DNA from: an uncultured delta proteobacterium
GTDB taxonomy: Bacteria; Myxococcota; Myxococcia; Myxococcales; Myxococcaceae
Assembly: GCA_963771175.1 (NCBI GenBank)
Contig: CAVYSY010000011.1
Coordinates: forward strand, 145,032 to 209,031
DNA: 64,000 nt
Direction of reading: 5' to 3'
Of the stretch, positions 59,427 through 64,000 are shown in pieces. Under the pieces are notes generated by a model. The model was not told the origin of the DNA and made no database searches. It worked only from the letters and a program-made list of their open reading frames with translations. Position numbers and translations under genes: made by a program. The stretch's first letter is position 1; the number at the start of each line of letters is the position of its first letter.

Positions 59427-60620
59427 ATGATAAGTGTAGATGAACAAATAAAAGTAATTATGAAAGGTGTAGATGAACTAATAGGTTTAGAAGACTTAAA
59501 AGAAAAGTTAGCTAAAAAGAAAATACTAGTTGTAAAGTTAGGATTAGATCCTAGTGCTCCCGATATACATTTAGGCCATACTGTTGTTCTTCGAAAACTA
59601 AAACAAATTCAGGACTTGGGTCATAAAATTGTAATAATAATTGGAGATTTTACTGGTAGAATTGGAGATCCAACAGGAAAATCCAAAACCAGAAAGTCTT
59701 TAACAACAGATCAAGTTCTTGAAAATGCCAAAACTTACGAAAATCAAATTTTTAAAATACTGGACAAATCTAAAACAGAGGTTAGATTTAATAGCGAATG
59801 GTTATCTAAAATGAACTTTGAGGATGTTATTATGTTAGGCTCAAAAATAACAGTTGCTAGAATGCTAGAAAGGGAGGATTTTAAAAAAAGATACGAAAAT
59901 CAAATGCCCATATCAGTCCATGAATTTTTCTATCCGTTAATGCAAGGATTTGATTCAGTAGAAATAAAATCTGATATTGAAATTGGTGGGACTGATCAAA
60001 GATTTAATGTTTTAATGGGAAGAATGCTTCAAAAAGAATTTGATTTAGAGCCTCAGGTAACCTTATTTATGCCTTTACTTGAAGGTCTTGATGGAAAAAA
60101 TAAAATGAGCAAAAGCTTAGGAAATTACATTGGCATTGATGAATCCTCATCTATTATGTTTGAAAAAGCTATGACTATTCCAGATTCACTTATAATCAAA
60201 TATTATGAATTAGTAACTGATGTTCATCCTGATGAAATAGAGAAAATTAAAATTTCTCTTTTTAGTAGCACTGTAAATCCTAGAGATATAAAAATGAATC
60301 TAGCTAAAGAAATTGTAAGATTATATCACGGAGAAAAAGAAGTTGAAATGGCAGAAAATAAATTTAGAAAAATATTTCAAGAAGGAAAAATTCCTGATGA
60401 TATTAAAGTACTGAAAACTAAACATGAAGATTTTAATTTAGTAAATCTAATTGTAGATAACAACATTGTAACAAGTAAAAGTGAATTCAAAAGATTAATA
60501 TCACAAGGTGGAATTAAAATTAATGGTGAAAAACTTTTAAACATCGAAAGCTTAAAATTATCAAGTGAATTAATAGTACAAATAGGTAAAAGAACATTCT
60601 TAAAGATAATTGTAAATTGA
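59427..60620 (+). CDS. tyrS: Tyrosine-tRNA ligase
   Basis: GLDPSAPDIHLGH (HIGH), YPLMQGFD, GGTDQRFN, KMSKS, C-terminal S4-like domain. Confidence 0.98.
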   Translation: MISVDEQIKVIMKGVDELIGLEDLKEKLAKKKILVVKLGLDPSAPDIHLGHTVVLRKLKQIQDLGHKIVIIIGDFTGRIGDPTGKSKTRKSLTTDQVLENAKTYENQIFKILDKSKTEVRFNSEWLSKMNFEDVIMLGSKITVARMLEREDFKKRYENQMPISVHEFFYPLMQGFDSVEIKSDIEIGGTDQRFNVLMGRMLQKEFDLEPQVTLFMPLLEGLDGKNKMSKSLGNYIGIDESSSIMFEKAMTIPDSLIIKYYELVTDVHPDEIEKIKISLFSSTVNPRDIKMNLAKEIVRLYHGEKEVEMAENKFRKIFQEGKIPDDIKVLKTKHEDFNLVNLIVDNNIVTSKSEFKRLISQGGIKINGEKLLNIESLKLSSELIVQIGKRTFLKIIVN

Positions 60621-60648
60621 GTAATGTTGAAATGTTATATAAATTAAC

Positions 60649-60667
60649 GGGTGAATTATATTCACCC
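60649..60667. terminator. Hairpin after tyrS
   Basis: GGGTGAAT-tat-ATTCACCC; no strong U-tract. Confidence 0.4.
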
Positions 60668-60724
60668 ACTAACACGTTTTTAGAAGATTGCGTTCTAACT
60701 AATATTAAAGTTTACGGTTTAAAT

Positions 60725-61255
60725 TTATGATATTCTTTTATTCTCCAATATCAAACAAACACTAAATATAATTTCTATTAAAATCATCATGCCCGCAAGT
60801 ATATAAGGTTCAAAGTTTATACCAACTATAAGTGATAAAATTGGTACTAAAATAGCAAACACTATATAGGACTTAGATTTATATAGCCAACCATACGGTA
60901 ATAAATGTCCTCCAAAAATTATTGCTATTACCATTAACATTTTTTCAGGTATTGTTGGATATACCCACATAGCAATCAGTAGATATATCATTTCATTTGC
61001 AGAAAAAAGAATTCCTAAATTAGTTAATGGATTTTCTTTGTTTTGAAAATCAACCTTAATTATTCTGGATATGCAGAACGCTAAAGGCATTAGTGGTGTT
61101 GTAAAACAAAATGTATATAAGTTCTTTTCTAGAATAGGCAATGATGTTAAATGAATAATTAGTACAGCACACCAAATAATAATAGAGGCTAATATAAAGT
61201 GTAACCCTTTCTTTTGTTTAATTGCACAACTTAATCTTAATTCTTCTAAATTCAT
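60725..61255 (-). CDS. Hypothetical integral membrane protein
   Basis: About 6 TM segments; KKGLHFILAS, NPLTNLG, GGHLLPYGWLYKSKSY; GGAAGGA RBS. Confidence 0.8.
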   Translation of the reverse strand: MNLEELRLSCAIKQKKGLHFILASIIIWCAVLIIHLTSLPILEKNLYTFCFTTPLMPLAFCISRIIKVDFQNKENPLTNLGILFSANEMIYLLIAMWVYPTIPEKMLMVIAIIFGGHLLPYGWLYKSKSYIVFAILVPILSLIVGINFEPYILAGMMILIEIIFSVCLILENKRIS

Positions 61256-61549
61256 AATCAATTCCTTCCTTTTTGGAAATCCTTTATTTTTCCCATGTTT
61301 TAATTATATCTTAACGGGAAACGATTTTCTACATTTTTAGACGATGTTGAAATTTCAAAACAAAAATATACATATTTATTTAATTGATTAATATTTCCTG
61401 CTGTTACTTCAAATCCTAAAATAAAATTATTGTCATCACACCTATTGTGTGCTAAATATACAAAATACTTTTCTTCTTAAAACAGCTTTGCTAACATCAC
61501 GTAATAAATATGATATAATTATAAAAATCAATTACAAGGAGGAAAACTT

Positions 61550-62238
61550 ATGAAATACGAAATTCTACTTTTTGATGCAGATGAAACCTTGTTTGACTTT
61601 AAAAAGTCTGAAAAGGAAGCTCTTAAAAATGCTATGCGTGAATTAGGCCTAGACTATGATGAAAATTATCATTTAAAAATATATCATGATATAAACACTA
61701 TAATATGGAAAGAATTTGAATATGGGGATATTACTCAAGATAAGTTAAAAGTTGAAAGATTTAAAAGATTTTCTGATAAAATAAATATTAAATTTGATGA
61801 AGTTGCCTTTGCGCTAAAGCCTATATGAACTATTTATCCAAGTCATCATTTTTATTTCAAGAAAGTGAAACTCTAATAAAAAAACTTCATAAAGCTTACA
61901 GACTTGCTATGATTACTAACGGACTTAATTCCATACAAGATAGCAGAATAAAAAACTCTTCTATAGCTAAATATTTTGAAATTATAATAGTATCTGAAGA
62001 AATTAAAGTTTCAAAGCCTAACCCTCAAATATTTGAGATTACTTTAAATCAACTTAATTTCACTGATAAGGATAGGGTAATTATTATTGGAGACAGTTTA
62101 AGCTCTGATATAAAAGGAGGCATAAATTTTGGTATAGATACTTGTTGGTATAACCCTAACAACTCAATAAATAGCACAAAACTTACGCCTACTTATGAAA
62201 TCTCTAACTTAATGGATATTCTAGCTATCCTTCAATGA
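61550..62238 (+). CDS. yjjG: YjjG-like HAD-family nucleotidase (apparent frameshift near 61815)
   Basis: FDADETLFDF, ITNG, SKPNPQIF, IGDSLSSDIKGG; AGGAGG RBS; TGaTATAAT upstream at 61511-61519. Confidence 0.88.
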
Positions 62239-62268
62239 AAAAAGCCGCACCAACTAATGGTACGACTT
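62239..62268 (-). terminator. Probable terminator of the ABC permease gene
   Basis: Minus strand AAGTCGTACCA-ttagt-TGGTGCGGCTT-TTTT with two G-U pairs. Confidence 0.5.
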
Positions 62269-62273
62269 ATTAT

Positions 62274-64000
62274 TTATTCTGCACTTTTAAGTGATTCTAT
62301 CATATCAATTTTATCAAATCTATTATACATAGCTAAATTTACTATTACAGAGAATGCAATAGTAAGTAATATTGAAAATAGAAATAAATTGGATCTAATC
62401 TTCTCAAAAACATCATGATATTTGTTTCTGCAGTAGAAATTACAAAATTATTAAGAAAATACCTATAAATATTCCTGCTATACTTCCTATAACTGTTAGA
62501 ATCATATTTTCTCTGTATATATAAGCTGCTAATTCATTATTATAAAATCCTAAAAACTTTATTGTGGCAAGCTCTCTTCTTCTTTCATTAATATTTATAT
62601 TTGTAAGATTGTATATTACAACAAATGCTAAAACACCAGCTGATACTAATAAGTATTAAAACAACTGAATTAATACTATCTATAGTCTTACCAAAATCTC
62701 CATGTACTGTACTTTTAAAGCTTATAGAATTTACTTTATCTACTTCTTTTAATATCTTTGCTGTAGCTCTTCACTATCTTCACTTGTATCATTTAAAAGA
62801 CCATAGAAATTATTAACCACTGGTTCTTTCCCTATTATATTTCTATAATAGTCTGGACTCATATAAATGAAATGTTGAATATAGTGTTCAGTAATTGCAG
62901 AAATTTTAACTTCGTAAACTTTATTATCTATAGTTAAGATTAAATGTATCTCCAACTTTTTTATTTATAAGTTTTGCAAACTTTTGAGTTAATATTACTC
63001 CATCATCATCTAATGTCAAAGCTTTATCCTTATAAGATAAATCAATATAATCATTTATCTTATCTTTATCTTCTGGCACTACTAACGATATGCATCTTCA
63101 CTAGAAGAATTTGGCTTATCTGCTGAACTATTTTTTGAATAATAAAATAACTCGGAATTTATATTGGAATCCTTACCTATCTTTTCCTTTATGCTTTCTT
63201 TCTCCTCATATGATACTGAATCTTTAAGTGATGTTGTCATATCATATTTGTATATCTTATTAAATTGCTTTTCAGTAGCTCCAGTTATACCATCCTTTAG
63301 TCCAAAACCTGTTACCATTAATCCTGTGCAAGCTCCTATTCCTATAACAGTCATGAAAAATCTTTGCTTGTATCTAAAGATATTTCTAGCAGTAACCTTC
63401 CTTGTAAAACTTTAATCTTTTCCATATGAAAGTTATATCATTCAAGGAATATCTTCTTTCCTGCTTTAGGTGGTTTTGGTCTAAGTAATGATGCTGGTAC
63501 TTCCCTTAATTCTCCAAAGCTGGCTCCAACTGCTGCAATGGTAGTAAATAATATAGCTACCAATGATGCTTGTAGTGCTATACTTGTATTAAAGAAAGCT
63601 ATTTTATTTGGAATGGTATATAGCGTACTATACGCATTCATTATAAGCGGTGGGAACAATTTAAATCCAAAGGATATTCCAATTAAGCTTCCAATTAAGC
63701 TAGCTGTTAAAGAATATATTAGGTAATGTGATACTATTGCAGCTCTTGAATATCCTAAAGCTTTAAATGTACCTATTTCAATTCTATTCTCTTGAACCAT
63801 TCTTGTCATAGTAGTAAGACTTACTAAAGCTGCTACCAAGAAGAATACTAATGGAAATGCTTTACCTATGTTGTCTATTCTATCACTATCTTGTCTATAG
63901 GTTTCATATCCAACATTTGCACTTCTACCAAGCACATAAAATTCTGGCTTTTTTATATCCTTAAGCTTTTCTTTATTACTATTTAATTCAGCTTCACCAT
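62274..64000 (-). CDS. FtsX/MacB-like ABC transporter permease, 5' end outside window, multiple apparent frameshifts
   Basis: FPLVFFLVAALVSLTTMTRMV...EIGTFKALGY, PASLLRPKPP, ARNIFRYK, LAFVVIYNLTNININERRRELATIK, C-terminus DMIESLKSAE. Confidence 0.88.

Noticed and set aside
49713..64000. Low-GC region as a horizontally acquired island or prophage
   Set aside because: It contains clostridial housekeeping genes and Firmicutes-type regulation (T-box), truncates genes on both sides and has no integration signatures.
1..64000. CRISPR arrays, tRNA/rRNA genes, IS transposases
   Set aside because: None recognised by eye; no regularly spaced repeats were seen. Short or degenerate elements could have been missed without a search.

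Overview
The window is a chimera of two unrelated genomes joined at about 49,706-49,713. LEFT (1-~49.7 kb, roughly 70% GC by eye) is myxobacterial, Archangium/Cystobacter-like (inference from gene content). It carries a BamA/TamA-like protein overlapping a PIG-B/Alg9-type mannosyltransferase, a multi-TM chemoreceptor, an S9 peptidase, a cold-shock protein, sucAB, fabI, a complete chemosensory operon (REC, REC-CheW, CheR, CheW, CheA-REC, CheB, MCP), clpS-clpA, a NifU-like protein, a DUF2381-Ser/Thr kinase pair and a small lipoprotein plus Cys-rich protein. The best candidate for an undescribed system is at 38.2-47.3 kb: a class II (DxDD) terpene cyclase, an atypical class I (DDxxD) terpene synthase and three cytochromes P450, with a membrane-embedded chemoreceptor in the middle. 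This looks like a terpenoid make-and-sense module (inference). RIGHT (~49.7-64 kb, roughly 28% GC) is Clostridium-like. It carries a GntR/FadR regulator-etfB-etfA block with a palindromic operator (cut at the junction), a surface protein, a complete group IIC intron, a GH5 glucanase with a CBM, a lipase-like hydrolase, T-box-tyrS, a HAD nucleotidase and an ABC permease. Many genes on both sides are split by single-base indels, most likely sequencing errors. All calls come from motif recognition by eye; no searches were run.
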